Notes under the pieces: generated by a model | The model's input: only the letters and a program-made list of their open reading frames with translations | Database searches by the model: none | What the model was told of the DNA's origin: nothing | Translations under genes and position numbers: made by a program | Part shown: positions 26,308 to 34,943 of the stretch, piece after piece | How the letters are laid out: the number at the start of each line of letters is the position of its first letter | How positions within the stretch are numbered: the first letter of the stretch is position 1 | Source: Klebsiella phage iPHaGe-KPN-11i | Sequence record: OR637327.1 | Strand: one strand, 5' to 3' | DNA: 64,000 nt

Positions 26308-26585
26308 TTAAATTATCATTTGTAGGTAAAACTGTACATGCAAAAACACTGAACGAAGCAAAAGCGCAGATGTTTGACATTCTCATGAACCCCGCGTTCG
26401 TTAAAGTCGAATACGATGAATATGTTGTTCAGCCTGGCGATAGCATGTATTCAATCGCTGAAAAATTATACGGTCGTGGTGAGCGCTGGCAGTCCATCGC
26501 TAAGTTGAACCGTAAAACCGTTAGCAATGCAAGCTATATCCTTCCGGGGATGGTTCTGAAATTGCCTCAGTTAGTCGAATTATGA
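26304..26585 (+). CDS. LysM-domain protein (93 aa)
   Basis: C-terminus YVVQPGDSMYSIAEKLYGRGERWQSIAKLNRKTVSNASYILPGMVLKLP is a LysM peptidoglycan-binding motif. Confidence 0.6.
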   Translation: MIKLSFVGKTVHAKTLNEAKAQMFDILMNPAFVKVEYDEYVVQPGDSMYSIAEKLYGRGERWQSIAKLNRKTVSNASYILPGMVLKLPQLVEL

Positions 26586-26595
26586 TAAAAAGCCC

Positions 26596-26624
26596 TTGCA
26601 TTCGTGCAGGGGCTTTGTTATTTT
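26596..26624 (+). promoter_or_regulatory. PeSL-like element TTGCAT-N17-TATTTT in a hairpin
   Basis: AAAAGCCCTTGCATTCGTGCAGGGGCTTTGTTATTTTG. Confidence 0.5.
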
Positions 26625-26653
26625 GTAGGGACTGAAACAAAAGAGGATAAAAC

Positions 26654-26797
26654 ATGTTTGGTGATTTGAAAGAAGGTTTGAACATTTTAATTGGATTCGC
26701 GATCATTGGTGTGATTGCTTGTGTGTCCGGCGCGGTGTGGTTGTCTTATCAGGCGATCGTGTGGTTGGGCGAATGGCTTCACATTCTGGCACAGTAA
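26654..26797 (+). CDS. small membrane protein (47 aa)
   Basis: Own translation MFGDLKEGLNILIGFAIIGVIACVSGAVWLSYQAIVWLGEWLHILAQ. SD AAGAGGA 6 nt upstream. Below the ORF-track cut-off. Confidence 0.45.
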   Translation: MFGDLKEGLNILIGFAIIGVIACVSGAVWLSYQAIVWLGEWLHILAQ

Positions 26798-26806
26798 GGG
26801 GATATT

Positions 26807-27016
26807 ATGCGTTTATGTTTAGTTGGTGTAGGTTTCGGTCGTGCGTTAACTCAAGGGTTAATCGACTCAATCCGCTGGATTCAACCAAGCGTTGAACTGT
26901 ACGCAATGCCGAACCGGATCGAATACTCTGATCCGACACCGTACAAAATGAAACCGTATCAAGCGCCACGCGTTAACCGTGTGCTACACCGTCAATCTGT
27001 AAACAGGGGTAAGTGA
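26807..27016 (+). CDS. hypothetical protein (69 aa)
   Basis: ORF with SD. Confidence 0.4.
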   Translation: MRLCLVGVGFGRALTQGLIDSIRWIQPSVELYAMPNRIEYSDPTPYKMKPYQAPRVNRVLHRQSVNRGK

Positions 27017-27321
27017 TGAAAGAGCTTACGATCGTCGCAGCAGTTCTGATTTTCATCATAGTTTCAATGATTATCGTCAGACTGTACCAGCACGGGGAAG
27101 CGTTTGAATGGTTCCTGGATCACGACAAAGCGTTTCGAAAGCATTTCGCTGGTGAGTTCATCTTTACTCATGTAAGCGTAGCAAGCGGTACGGTAACGTT
27201 TGATTTTGACGGGAAATGGAAATCATACCATGTTGAACTCTCCCTTATGGATGCTAAACGCGTGTATGATGCCACACAAAACGGCGGTATGCGAAAGATG
27301 CTTATACCACTGGCAAAATAA
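27013..27321 (+). CDS. membrane-anchored protein (102 aa)
   Basis: N-terminal TM segment LTIVAAVLIFIIVSMIIV. Confidence 0.45.
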   Translation: MMKELTIVAAVLIFIIVSMIIVRLYQHGEAFEWFLDHDKAFRKHFAGEFIFTHVSVASGTVTFDFDGKWKSYHVELSLMDAKRVYDATQNGGMRKMLIPLAK

Positions 27322-27335
27322 TTTTAATAGCCTCT

Positions 27336-27364
27336 TGCAATGCAAGAGGCTTTTTTGTATATTG
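27336..27364 (+). promoter_or_regulatory. PeSL-like element TTGCAA-N17-TATATT in a hairpin
   Basis: AATAGCCTCTTGCAATGCAAGAGGCTTTTTTGTATATTG. Confidence 0.55.
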
Positions 27365-27388
27365 CGCACATACCAAAAGGAGGCAACT

Positions 27389-27874
27389 ATGACACGTATT
27401 AACACAATCGATCCTTCTCTTCTGCTGAACGAACACCTGATCGCAGAACTGCGCGAACTCCCTCGCATCCCCAATGCCGTTTTATCCGGTAAGGCAAAAA
27501 TCAACCTGTCAAAAATCCCTGCTGTGTATACGCTGGGAACCGGACACGTAACCTTCTTTTACAATAAGCTGGGATACCTTCGCGATCGTCATGTTGCATT
27601 ACGTGCTGAATACCTCACGCGTAACGGTAAAGAATACATGGACGGTGCATACGAAGATTTCGATCTTAGTCCGCTGTCAAACTCCCTGTTTCATCGTCAT
27701 TTGTGCGCGGACTGGCAACCAACGCCGGAATCAGTGAAAATCAATGTTGAGCGTATCCGTGAACGTTTCGAACTGCGCAAACGTGCTTATCGGTTCGGTA
27801 CTGAGATCATCAACGACGAAGCGGCATGGGATACGTATTACGAAAAATTAAAAGAAAAATACGATTTTCTTTGA
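27389..27874 (+). CDS. denV: endonuclease V (pyrimidine-dimer DNA glycosylase)
   Basis: MTRINTIDPSLLLNEHLIAELRELPRIPNAV...LGTGHVTFFYNKLGYLRDRHVAL versus T4 DenV [31 protein letters not shown]...[23 protein letters not shown]. Confidence 0.93.
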   Translation: MTRINTIDPSLLLNEHLIAELRELPRIPNAVLSGKAKINLSKIPAVYTLGTGHVTFFYNKLGYLRDRHVALRAEYLTRNGKEYMDGAYEDFDLSPLSNSLFHRHLCADWQPTPESVKINVERIRERFELRKRAYRFGTEIINDEAAWDTYYEKLKEKYDFL

Positions 27875-27883
27875 TTTGGGTAT

Positions 27884-27911
27884 TGACCCAAATTTCGATA
27901 TGCAGTATATT
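27884..27911 (+). promoter_or_regulatory. early promoter TTGACC-N16-TATATT followed by the TCGAAACGAAAC leader
   Basis: TTGACC at 27884-27889, TATATT at 27906-27911, leader motif at 27919-27930. Confidence 0.5.
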
Positions 27912-27948
27912 ACACACATCGAAACGAAACAGACAAAAGGAACGCATC

Positions 27949-28110
27949 ATGAAAAACTTAGAAGCCAAAGTAGTTAAAGTCCTGGTTAAGAACGGTTTCA
28001 ACGAAAACGACGCGGTAGCAATGGTTGAAAAGAATCTGAATGATGCGTTGAAAGTTAGACCAGAAGCAAAACCTGCTAAACTCGCAGAGGTGATTGTATG
28101 CATCATGTAA
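27949..28110 (+). CDS. hypothetical protein (53 aa)
   Basis: MKNLEAKVVKVLVKNGFNENDAVAMVEKNLNDALKVRPEAKPAKLAEVIVCIM. AAAAGGA SD. The ORF track's 27826 start lies upstream of the promoter. Confidence 0.45.
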   Translation: MKNLEAKVVKVLVKNGFNENDAVAMVEKNLNDALKVRPEAKPAKLAEVIVCIM

Positions 28111-28301
28111 AAGTAAGCATCAAGGATATCACGGTGGGTGACACCGTGATCCACGAAGGGAAAATGAAGACTGTCGGGAAAAACGATATCAAGCACGACC
28201 CTTTGTTTGGTGTTCTCCTGTTCGGTGATAGTTTCAACTTGGGGAGAACTTTTATTGACCGGGTTATTTTCCCGAAATGGTATCAAGGGAAACGGGTTTA
28301 A
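28098..28301 (+). CDS. hypothetical protein (67 aa)
   Basis: Overlaps the preceding gene by 13 nt. Confidence 0.4.
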   Translation: MHHVKVSIKDITVGDTVIHEGKMKTVGKNDIKHDPLFGVLLFGDSFNLGRTFIDRVIFPKWYQGKRV

Positions 28302-28386
28302 CAAATAGCACTTTTTGCTAAAGACTTCACGGGATAGCTTTGATATAGTTATCCCATCGAAACGAAACAGACTTTAGGAGATTGCC

Positions 28387-28719
28387 ATGTATACTTTTGA
28401 CGAACTGAAAGCCGCAGCACAGCCTTTACTGGATGCGATGTTCAAAGCCCGTAACGGTGGCGCATTCGAAAACGAATTCTTTGAAACTGTTTTCGTTCTG
28501 GAAAAAGGCCGTAAGTATCATCGTATTGTGCAGGATACTCGCAACAAACAGACTGGTGAAATGTTCGATCAGCGTTCAGTTGCTGGTTTCCTGGACAATG
28601 ACGGCAATATCCTGAAAGCCGCAGGATGGAAAGCACCTGCTAAGGGTATTCGCGGTAATATCTTCAACAACCCAGAGAACGCGATCGACCGTAGCGGTTA
28701 CGTTCGCTATCTTCGCTAA
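28387..28719 (+). CDS. hypothetical protein (110 aa)
   Basis: Preceded by TATAGT inside a GGGATA/TATCCC hairpin and by the TCGAAACGAAAC leader. SD AGGAG. Confidence 0.5.
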   Translation: MYTFDELKAAAQPLLDAMFKARNGGAFENEFFETVFVLEKGRKYHRIVQDTRNKQTGEMFDQRSVAGFLDNDGNILKAAGWKAPAKGIRGNIFNNPENAIDRSGYVRYLR

Positions 28720-28751
28720 AATCGGGGCTTCGGCCCCTTTGGAATATTAAA

Positions 28752-29342
28752 ATGAAACTATCAGCGACCGCAAGTTGGTCAATCTTCGGACTGATAGCCG
28801 CAGGGGTTTTATTCTTCGCATGGCAATCAAGAGATCCGAACAAAGCGGCGTATGAAGCCGCACAACGAGTAGTAGAACAGGATGCAGAAGCGCAACACGA
28901 AGCAATGTTAAAACAACGTCGTGATATGGGCTTTGTGGAGACTGTGAGTTACACAAACGCTTTTGGTGATGTCACCACGCGCTCTGTAAACGTCTTAGGG
29001 CGCACGAAAGGGACAATGCTCACCATCAGACGGGAAGGAACCGGAAAGCTCGTAGACGTGTGTTTCAGCGCGATTACGGACGATTCCAAACGCGAACTAT
29101 TCGCCCCGTATTTTTCTACGCCAGTCTATGCTAAATTTGACGGCGGAGAAACAAAAGAGTTTAGCGCAAGCAGAGGAAGTACCGAAGATTTCCTGTGTAT
29201 TACTTCCCCGCAACGTTTCCTTTTCAATATGGATCGTGCTAATGTTATGCAAGTCCAGTTAGTATTCCTGGATCATTACTCCAAAGTGCCGGAAGTGCAT
29301 GAATGGAACCTGTCAACATATAATGAGGTTGTGAAGAAATGA
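28752..29342 (+). CDS. signal-anchored exported protein (196 aa)
   Basis: N-terminal hydrophobic segment SWSIFGLIAAGVLFFAW followed by a soluble domain. Confidence 0.5.
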   Translation: MKLSATASWSIFGLIAAGVLFFAWQSRDPNKAAYEAAQRVVEQDAEAQHEAMLKQRRDMGFVETVSYTNAFGDVTTRSVNVLGRTKGTMLTIRREGTGKLVDVCFSAITDDSKRELFAPYFSTPVYAKFDGGETKEFSASRGSTEDFLCITSPQRFLFNMDRANVMQVQLVFLDHYSKVPEVHEWNLSTYNEVVKK

Positions 29343-29638
29343 GCAGACGCCCAAAGAACAGCAAAACCGAAATGTTTGCAACGTTTGATGTAAACGGAAA
29401 GAACATTGAGGGTAAACCATGCACGAACTCAAAGTTTATGCATATCGCCGGATTGCCTGGCATGAGTGTTAAGACTTCGTATGATTGTCATTACAACGAA
29501 GAAACCACCTCTGTTTATTTGGGCGAAGAACTCATGGCTGAACGCGTCATGCAGTGTGTGCATTTCCCTGGTGAACGTCCAGAAGTGAACTGTTTTATTG
29601 TTGGTTATCATAAAGGTATTGTAAATGAGCAAGTATAA
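29339..29638 (+). CDS. hypothetical protein (99 aa)
   Basis: ATGA overlap with the upstream gene. Confidence 0.45.
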   Translation: MSRRPKNSKTEMFATFDVNGKNIEGKPCTNSKFMHIAGLPGMSVKTSYDCHYNEETTSVYLGEELMAERVMQCVHFPGERPEVNCFIVGYHKGIVNEQV

Positions 29639-30224
29639 AGTTGGCGATATGTACGCCCCGAAATCTATTTTAATGGCTGTGTGTCAAATGGCATCAGAAG
29701 CCGATCCGATTCGTCGTATGTATGACGCGTTGCGTAAGAATCCGATGGACTTCAATTCACCACGCCGGATCAGTATGGTGTATGAAGAAACAGGGATTCT
29801 TTATCTTGAAGGTATTCCCGTTCCTGTAAAGTTCAACGATATGAAAGGGCTTTTCAATCCGGTATGGGTTGCACCAGAACCGGAAACTGAAATTACGATC
29901 CACGTCAATAAAGGTGAGGAAGTACCGCGCGAAAATTCCGCTGTAGTTCTGGATAAGTTTTTCAAGACCGCTCATAGCGTCAAAAAACGAACCGTTAGCG
30001 ACGTGGTTCACCACCTGTCCGCAGAGGTTGGGGAGATCTCCGAATGTCTCGTTCAGCCTCAACGCGGCGGTGATATCGTCGAAGAAAGCGTTGATGCGAT
30101 CGTGTGCGCACTGGATGTGATTTACCTGAAACTGAGTACAACCCACGGGACGACAGAAATCGCGCAAGTGATCAATAAACTGCTTGATAAGAAATTAGAT
30201 AAGTGGTACTCTACTTGTAGTTAA
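29625..30224 (+). CDS. protein with a C-terminal MazG-like NTP pyrophosphohydrolase domain (199 aa)
   Basis: C-terminal HHLSAEVGEISECL...EESVDAIVCALDVIY resembles the MazG EExGE / EExxD metal-binding helices. Distinct from gp56. Confidence 0.4.
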   Translation: MSKYKVGDMYAPKSILMAVCQMASEADPIRRMYDALRKNPMDFNSPRRISMVYEETGILYLEGIPVPVKFNDMKGLFNPVWVAPEPETEITIHVNKGEEVPRENSAVVLDKFFKTAHSVKKRTVSDVVHHLSAEVGEISECLVQPQRGGDIVEESVDAIVCALDVIYLKLSTTHGTTEIAQVINKLLDKKLDKWYSTCS

Positions 30225-30244
30225 TCAATTACGAGGATCGGATC

Positions 30245-30676
30245 ATGTTGGTTTATCGCGTTGAATTGAAAGCGTCTATATTATCCAAATATGATGGATG
30301 GTGTAAGCAATTAGGCCCGTATACGGGTTGTGTCGGTGATGAAGACGATCTCTATGAGTATCTCGATATTCATGGAATCGAGTTCGGTTTAAACTTCGGT
30401 ATCTCCGAGACTCGTCACCCCGCACCATGCGAAGACCTTCGTTTAATGCGTAACCTCAAAAAACATGGTAAAAATTATCGTAGCTATATTTTCGGCTTCT
30501 CTTCATTGCAGAAGTTGTCTAAATGGTTCGATAGCTGGGAGCGGCAAATTTTGGAGAATCAGGGATATATTTGTATGGTGTACGAAACTGATCTCATGTT
30601 TGCAGGGAACAAACAATGTGTTTTCAGCAAAGCCGCAACCCCGATCCGTTTTATTCCATTGTCAGAGATTTATTAA
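30245..30676 (+). CDS. hypothetical protein (143 aa)
   Basis: ORF with SD. Confidence 0.45.
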   Translation: MLVYRVELKASILSKYDGWCKQLGPYTGCVGDEDDLYEYLDIHGIEFGLNFGISETRHPAPCEDLRLMRNLKKHGKNYRSYIFGFSSLQKLSKWFDSWERQILENQGYICMVYETDLMFAGNKQCVFSKAATPIRFIPLSEIY

Positions 30677-30840
30677 TGCCAACATATACCTATAAATGCA
30701 CCAAGTGCGAAAAAGAATTCCCGAAAATGTCCAGCATCGCAAGCCGCGACGAACCGAAAGATTGTGATTGCGGGGGCGAGGCGAAACGAACGGTTGATAA
30801 GCCGCAGATGGTGAAAGACGGATTCCCGTACAACAAGTAA
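30676..30840 (+). CDS. FmdB-family zinc-ribbon protein (54 aa)
   Basis: MPTYTYKCTKCEKEF...CDCGG matches the FmdB pattern MPxYxYxCxxC...CxxCG. ATG at 30676. Confidence 0.5.
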   Translation: MPTYTYKCTKCEKEFPKMSSIASRDEPKDCDCGGEAKRTVDKPQMVKDGFPYNK

Positions 30841-30907
30841 ACCCCGAAAGGGGTTTTCTTTTTCATAGAACCCTATATAATGCCTGAGAACTAATAAAGA
30901 GGTGAAT

Positions 30908-32797
30908 ATGAGTTTAGATTTCTTAATGGACGATAACGAGCCGCAGAAAGCACCAGAAGCCCCAGCAAAGGGCGCTAAGGTGGATGAATCATTCTGCTTG
31001 AGCGACCGCGATCATATTCGCAAACGTCCGAATATGTACGTGGGTTCAGTGAACAAAGAAGCCCATGAACGTTTTATCATGGGGCAATTCCGCAAAGTGG
31101 AATACGTGGAAGGGTTGGTGAAAATCATCAACGAAATCCTGGATAACTCCATCGACGAAGCGATCCGAACTGATTTCAAATATGCGAACAAAATCGAAGT
31201 GAAGATTGATCACAATCTGGTCACTATTTCGGACAACGGACGCGGTATTCCACAAGATGACGTGAGAACGCCAGAAGGGAAGATTGTTCCTAAACCTGTT
31301 GCAGCATGGACAATGGCTAAATCCGGTTCTAACTTCGATGACGAAAACCGCGTAACAATGGGGATGAACGGTGTAGGTTCTTTCCTGACAAACTGTTACA
31401 GCGCGATCTTTATCGGTGAGACATCCAACGGTAAACGCAAAGTCACGATCAACTGTACGGACGGGGCGCAGAACATGGATTACCGCACCAGCCCGACGAA
31501 GGAGCAAGGGACAACCGTTAAGTTTACCCCTGACTTCTCTATCTTCGGCGTGGACGGTATCGACGAAGAGACAAAGGAAGTCATCAAAGATCGCCTTATG
31601 GCGCTTGCAGTGGCTTTCCCTGCCGTTAAATTCACATATAACGGTGATATCCTCCCGAACAAATTCGCGATGTATGGCGCGATGTACGGTGATAAAACGA
31701 TTACCCAGACAAACAACAAAATCAGTTTCATCCTGGCGAGCACAGAAGACGGTTTCAAACAGAAATCCTTCGTTAACGGATTGGATACGAAAAACGGCGG
31801 TGTTCATGTTGACACCATGATCGACGGTATCTATTCCGAACTCGAACCGATGATCAAGAAAACACACGCTATCGAGATCCCAAAAGCCCGTGTAAAAGAA
31901 TGCTTGACTTTGGTTGTGTTTTTGCATAACTTCAATGCACCAGCTTTTGATAGTCAGACGAAAGAAAAACTGACTAACACCGCTGGGGAGTTCAACAACC
32001 ACGCCGGACTGAACTATAAAAAGATCGCGAAACAGATTATGGATACTTCTGAAATAATCACTCCGATCATTGAGTCCGCTCTGATTCGCAAACAGGCCGC
32101 AGAAGCCGCAGCCATTACCAAAGCGAAGAAGAAAGCTAAAAAGGCGAAGGTTGCAAAACATGTTCCGGCATCAGGGATCGACACTGACGGGGTAGAAACC
32201 ACTTTGTTTCTGACCGAGGGCGATTCCGCCGTGGGGCAGTTTATCGAGTGCAGAAACGAAGAGACACAAGGCGCATTTCCGCTACGTGGTAAACCGTTGA
32301 ACACCTGGGGAATGAGTAACTTAGAAGTGCTCAAAAACAAAGAATTGTCTGAACTCATGGCGATCCTGAATCTCCATCCAGGCGACTCTTCCGAAATGAC
32401 TTACGACAACATCGGGATCATGGTCGATGCTGACGTTGACGGGGGAGATATTCTCACCCTACTGATTGCGTTCTTTAGCCGCTGGCCTGAGTTGTTCGAG
32501 AAGAAAAAGATCCGTTATATCCGCACACCGATTATCATTGCGAAAGTCGGTAAAGATGAAAAATGGTTCTACTCCCTTGAAGATTTCGCACCGTTCCGCG
32601 ATAAGGCGAAAGAGGTACGATATATCAAAGGTCTGGGTTCTTTACGTAAAGAAGATTACGATCGGGTGTTGGGCGACCAGTTAAAATACGATACAATCGT
32701 ACTGGGCGACGAATACAAAGACGTTCTGGAACTGTGTTTCGGTGATGAATCCGATCCGCGTAAAGACTGGGTGAACGGAAACATAAATTTTCGGTGA
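30908..32797 (+). CDS. 39: DNA topoisomerase II large subunit (GyrB-like ATPase + TOPRIM); gp39 and gp60 equivalents fused
   Basis: GHKL motifs ILDNSIDEA, ISDNGRGIP, GMNGVGS. TOPRIM LFLTEGDSA...DADVDGGDI. 630 aa equals T4 gp39 + gp60 without the gene-60 split. ATG at 30908 after SD AGAGG. Confidence 0.9.
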   Translation: MSLDFLMDDNEPQKAPEAPAKGAKVDESFCLSDRDHIRKRPNMYVGSVNKEAHERFIMGQFRKVEYVEGLVKIINEILDNSIDEAIRTDFKYANKIEVKIDHNLVTISDNGRGIPQDDVRTPEGKIVPKPVAAWTMAKSGSNFDDENRVTMGMNGVGSFLTNCYSAIFIGETSNGKRKVTINCTDGAQNMDYRTSPTKEQGTTVKFTPDFSIFGVDGIDEETKEVIKDRLMALAVAFPAVKFTYNGDILPNKFAMYGAMYGDKTITQTNNKISFILASTEDGFKQKSFVNGLDTKNGGVHVDTMIDGIYSELEPMIKKTHAIEIPKARVKECLTLVVFLHNFNAPAFDSQTKEKLTNTAGEFNNHAGLNYKKIAKQIMDTSEIITPIIESALIRKQAAEAAAITKAKKKAKKAKVAKHVPASGIDTDGVETTLFLTEGDSAVGQFIECRNEETQGAFPLRGKPLNTWGMSNLEVLKNKELSELMAILNLHPGDSSEMTYDNIGIMVDADVDGGDILTLLIAFFSRWPELFEKKKIRYIRTPIIIAKVGKDEKWFYSLEDFAPFRDKAKEVRYIKGLGSLRKEDYDRVLGDQLKYDTIVLGDEYKDVLELCFGDESDPRKDWVNGNINFR

Positions 32798-32801
32798 AAT
32801 A

Positions 32802-34088
32802 ATGGAAAGAAGTATTAAAGACGTTGTGCAGGTAGAAGGGCTTACGTTTGCCCTTTACACAATTTATTCTCGTGCGATCCCGCACCTGGTAGACGGGTTC
32901 AAACCCGTTCACCGTTTCTTCGTGCATTCCGCAGCGAAAGGCGGTACAGGCTTCCAGAAAGTAGCCTCTATCGCTGGCGGTGTTGCAATGTATGGTTATC
33001 ACCACGGGGAAACATCCGTTGAAGAGGCATTGTCTCTTATGGCGGCGCACTGGTGCAATAACATCCCGCTTTTTGACCGCGATGGGTTCTTTGGTTCCCG
33101 TTTGGTTAAAAAGCCAGGCGCACCGCGCTACATTAAATGTAAGCTGTCTCCGCTGTTCAAGGCTATCTACATGGATGAAGATTTAACAATCCCGCATGAA
33201 GATCCTGAACACGTACCGCCAGCCTATTACCTACCAATCATTCCGATGGTACTAGTTAACGGGTTCAGCGGGATCGCGAAAGCATACGCTACCAACATTC
33301 CACCACACGATCCGATTTCGGTTCTGAATGGATGTGTTAGTTACCTGAACGGGAAAGATTTCACACTGGATCTGAAATACCCGCATTTCAAAGGTGACAT
33401 TGAAAACGGTACGATTTACGGCAAGTATGAACTCCAGGGTAAAACCAAACTGGTGATCACAGAGATTCCGGTCAAGTACGATCGCGTGAAATATATCTCT
33501 ATCCTGGATAAGCTGGAAGAGAAAGGGTATATCGTAAGCTACAAGGATCTATCGAAAGAAGATTTTCGCTACGAAATCACCCTTAAACGCGAGTACGCAA
33601 ACGGGCTTACCCGCGAGAAGATCCTGAAAGATTTCGGATTGATTGAGAACTCAAACCCAAACATCAACGTTATCTTCAATGGGAAACTGCATTCGTATGA
33701 ACGCCCTGAAACGCTGTTGAAAGACTTCGTTGATATCCGTATCGGTGTTTATCAACAACGCATTGATAAACGCATCCAGGAGACTAAGGAAGCGTTAGAT
33801 AAAGCGCTGGCGAAGGTTGACTTCATTGATCAGATGATCGCACAACCTGACGCGTTGAAGGGGCTTAGTCGCAGCGAAGCGGTTAAACTTGTCTCTACGT
33901 GGACGGGTTGCGAGAACCACGCCGAAATCCTGGTTGCGATGAATATCTATCATCTAACCACGGATGAACGTCAAAAGCTGGAAGACGAAGCGAACGAACT
34001 GCGTAAGCAACTGAAATACTGGGAAGAAACGACCCCGAAAACTGAATATCTCAATGATTTGAAAGAACTTTCGAAGAAATTGAAATAA
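32802..34088 (+). CDS. 52: DNA topoisomerase II medium subunit gp52 (GyrA-like)
   Basis: IYSRAIPHLVDGFKPVHRF...; active-site Tyr region; 428 aa versus 442 in T4 gp52. Confidence 0.88.
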   Translation: MERSIKDVVQVEGLTFALYTIYSRAIPHLVDGFKPVHRFFVHSAAKGGTGFQKVASIAGGVAMYGYHHGETSVEEALSLMAAHWCNNIPLFDRDGFFGSRLVKKPGAPRYIKCKLSPLFKAIYMDEDLTIPHEDPEHVPPAYYLPIIPMVLVNGFSGIAKAYATNIPPHDPISVLNGCVSYLNGKDFTLDLKYPHFKGDIENGTIYGKYELQGKTKLVITEIPVKYDRVKYISILDKLEEKGYIVSYKDLSKEDFRYEITLKREYANGLTREKILKDFGLIENSNPNINVIFNGKLHSYERPETLLKDFVDIRIGVYQQRIDKRIQETKEALDKALAKVDFIDQMIAQPDALKGLSRSEAVKLVSTWTGCENHAEILVAMNIYHLTTDERQKLEDEANELRKQLKYWEETTPKTEYLNDLKELSKKLK

Positions 34089-34103
34089 TTTACAAAAAGC
34101 CTC

Positions 34104-34133
34104 TTGCATCGCGGGAGGCTTTTTTGCTATATT
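34104..34133 (+). promoter_or_regulatory. PeSL-like element TTGCAT-N18-TATATT in a hairpin
   Basis: AAAAGCCTCTTGCATCGCGGGAGGCTTTTTTGCTATATTG. Confidence 0.55.
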
Positions 34134-34160
34134 GTCCTCACTGATTGGGGAGGATATAAA

Positions 34161-34700
34161 ATGTTCAAAACTCGTAGCGATATGGAAATAACCATTTGGG
34201 CCAAAAGCATCATGGCGAAACATGGCTTATCCCACTGGTCTTTCAAAATCAACGGACGTTTCAAAAGGACTTTAGGTCAGTGTTCATACACTCGTAAGTT
34301 GATTGAGTTACGTCGCGATCATGTTAAGGAAGACACATACGAGAACGTTTTAGATACTCTCATGCACGAAATTGCTCATGCTCTGACCGAAGGGGCTGGA
34401 CACGGGATCGTATGGCAGCGTAAAGCTATCGAGTTGGGCGCACAGCCTACGCCAACCAAAAGCCGTGTTCGCGAGCAATCAGTGATTCGGGAAAGCAAAA
34501 AGGATATGTATGCTTTGTTCCTGAAAACTCCGAACGGCGAAGTTTATCAGTGCAATATGCCTGAAAAGATGTACAATGAGATCCAGGAAGGTAAACGCAA
34601 CCTTGCGAACATCTACATTTCAGGAAACAAAAGAGCAACCAAAGGGCGCTTAGTAGCGCGTAAATTGACACCAGAACAATATGCAGAGGCTATTCAATGA
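34161..34700 (+). CDS. putative Zn-metalloprotease, HExxH (SprT/WLM-like), 179 aa
   Basis: LDTLMHEIAHAL with a downstream acidic/His region. Start at 34161 after SD GGGGAGGA. Confidence 0.4.
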   Translation: MFKTRSDMEITIWAKSIMAKHGLSHWSFKINGRFKRTLGQCSYTRKLIELRRDHVKEDTYENVLDTLMHEIAHALTEGAGHGIVWQRKAIELGAQPTPTKSRVREQSVIRESKKDMYALFLKTPNGEVYQCNMPEKMYNEIQEGKRNLANIYISGNKRATKGRLVARKLTPEQYAEAIQ

Positions 34701-34933
34701 AACCATATGATGCACCAAAAACGGGAAAATATATTACAATAGCTGTGCTGTGTACTATTGCAATATGTTTTGTAACTGCTATCGTGGTCGGTATCATGGA
34801 TATGAAAGACCGCGAACGTCAGAAGCAACAGGTTTACGAATACCTTGACCGGATGTGTACACCTGTTGAATATGGGCTTGATCAAAAGCCTGTGAAATAT
34901 TCATGCGATAACATCATCTTTAACACCAAGTGA
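34697..34933 (+). CDS. small membrane protein (78 aa) upstream of rIIA
   Basis: TM segment YITIAVLCTIAICFVTAIVVGIM. ATGA overlap with the previous gene. Confidence 0.5.
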   Translation: MKPYDAPKTGKYITIAVLCTIAICFVTAIVVGIMDMKDRERQKQQVYEYLDRMCTPVEYGLDQKPVKYSCDNIIFNTK

Positions 34934-34943
34934 GATATAAACA

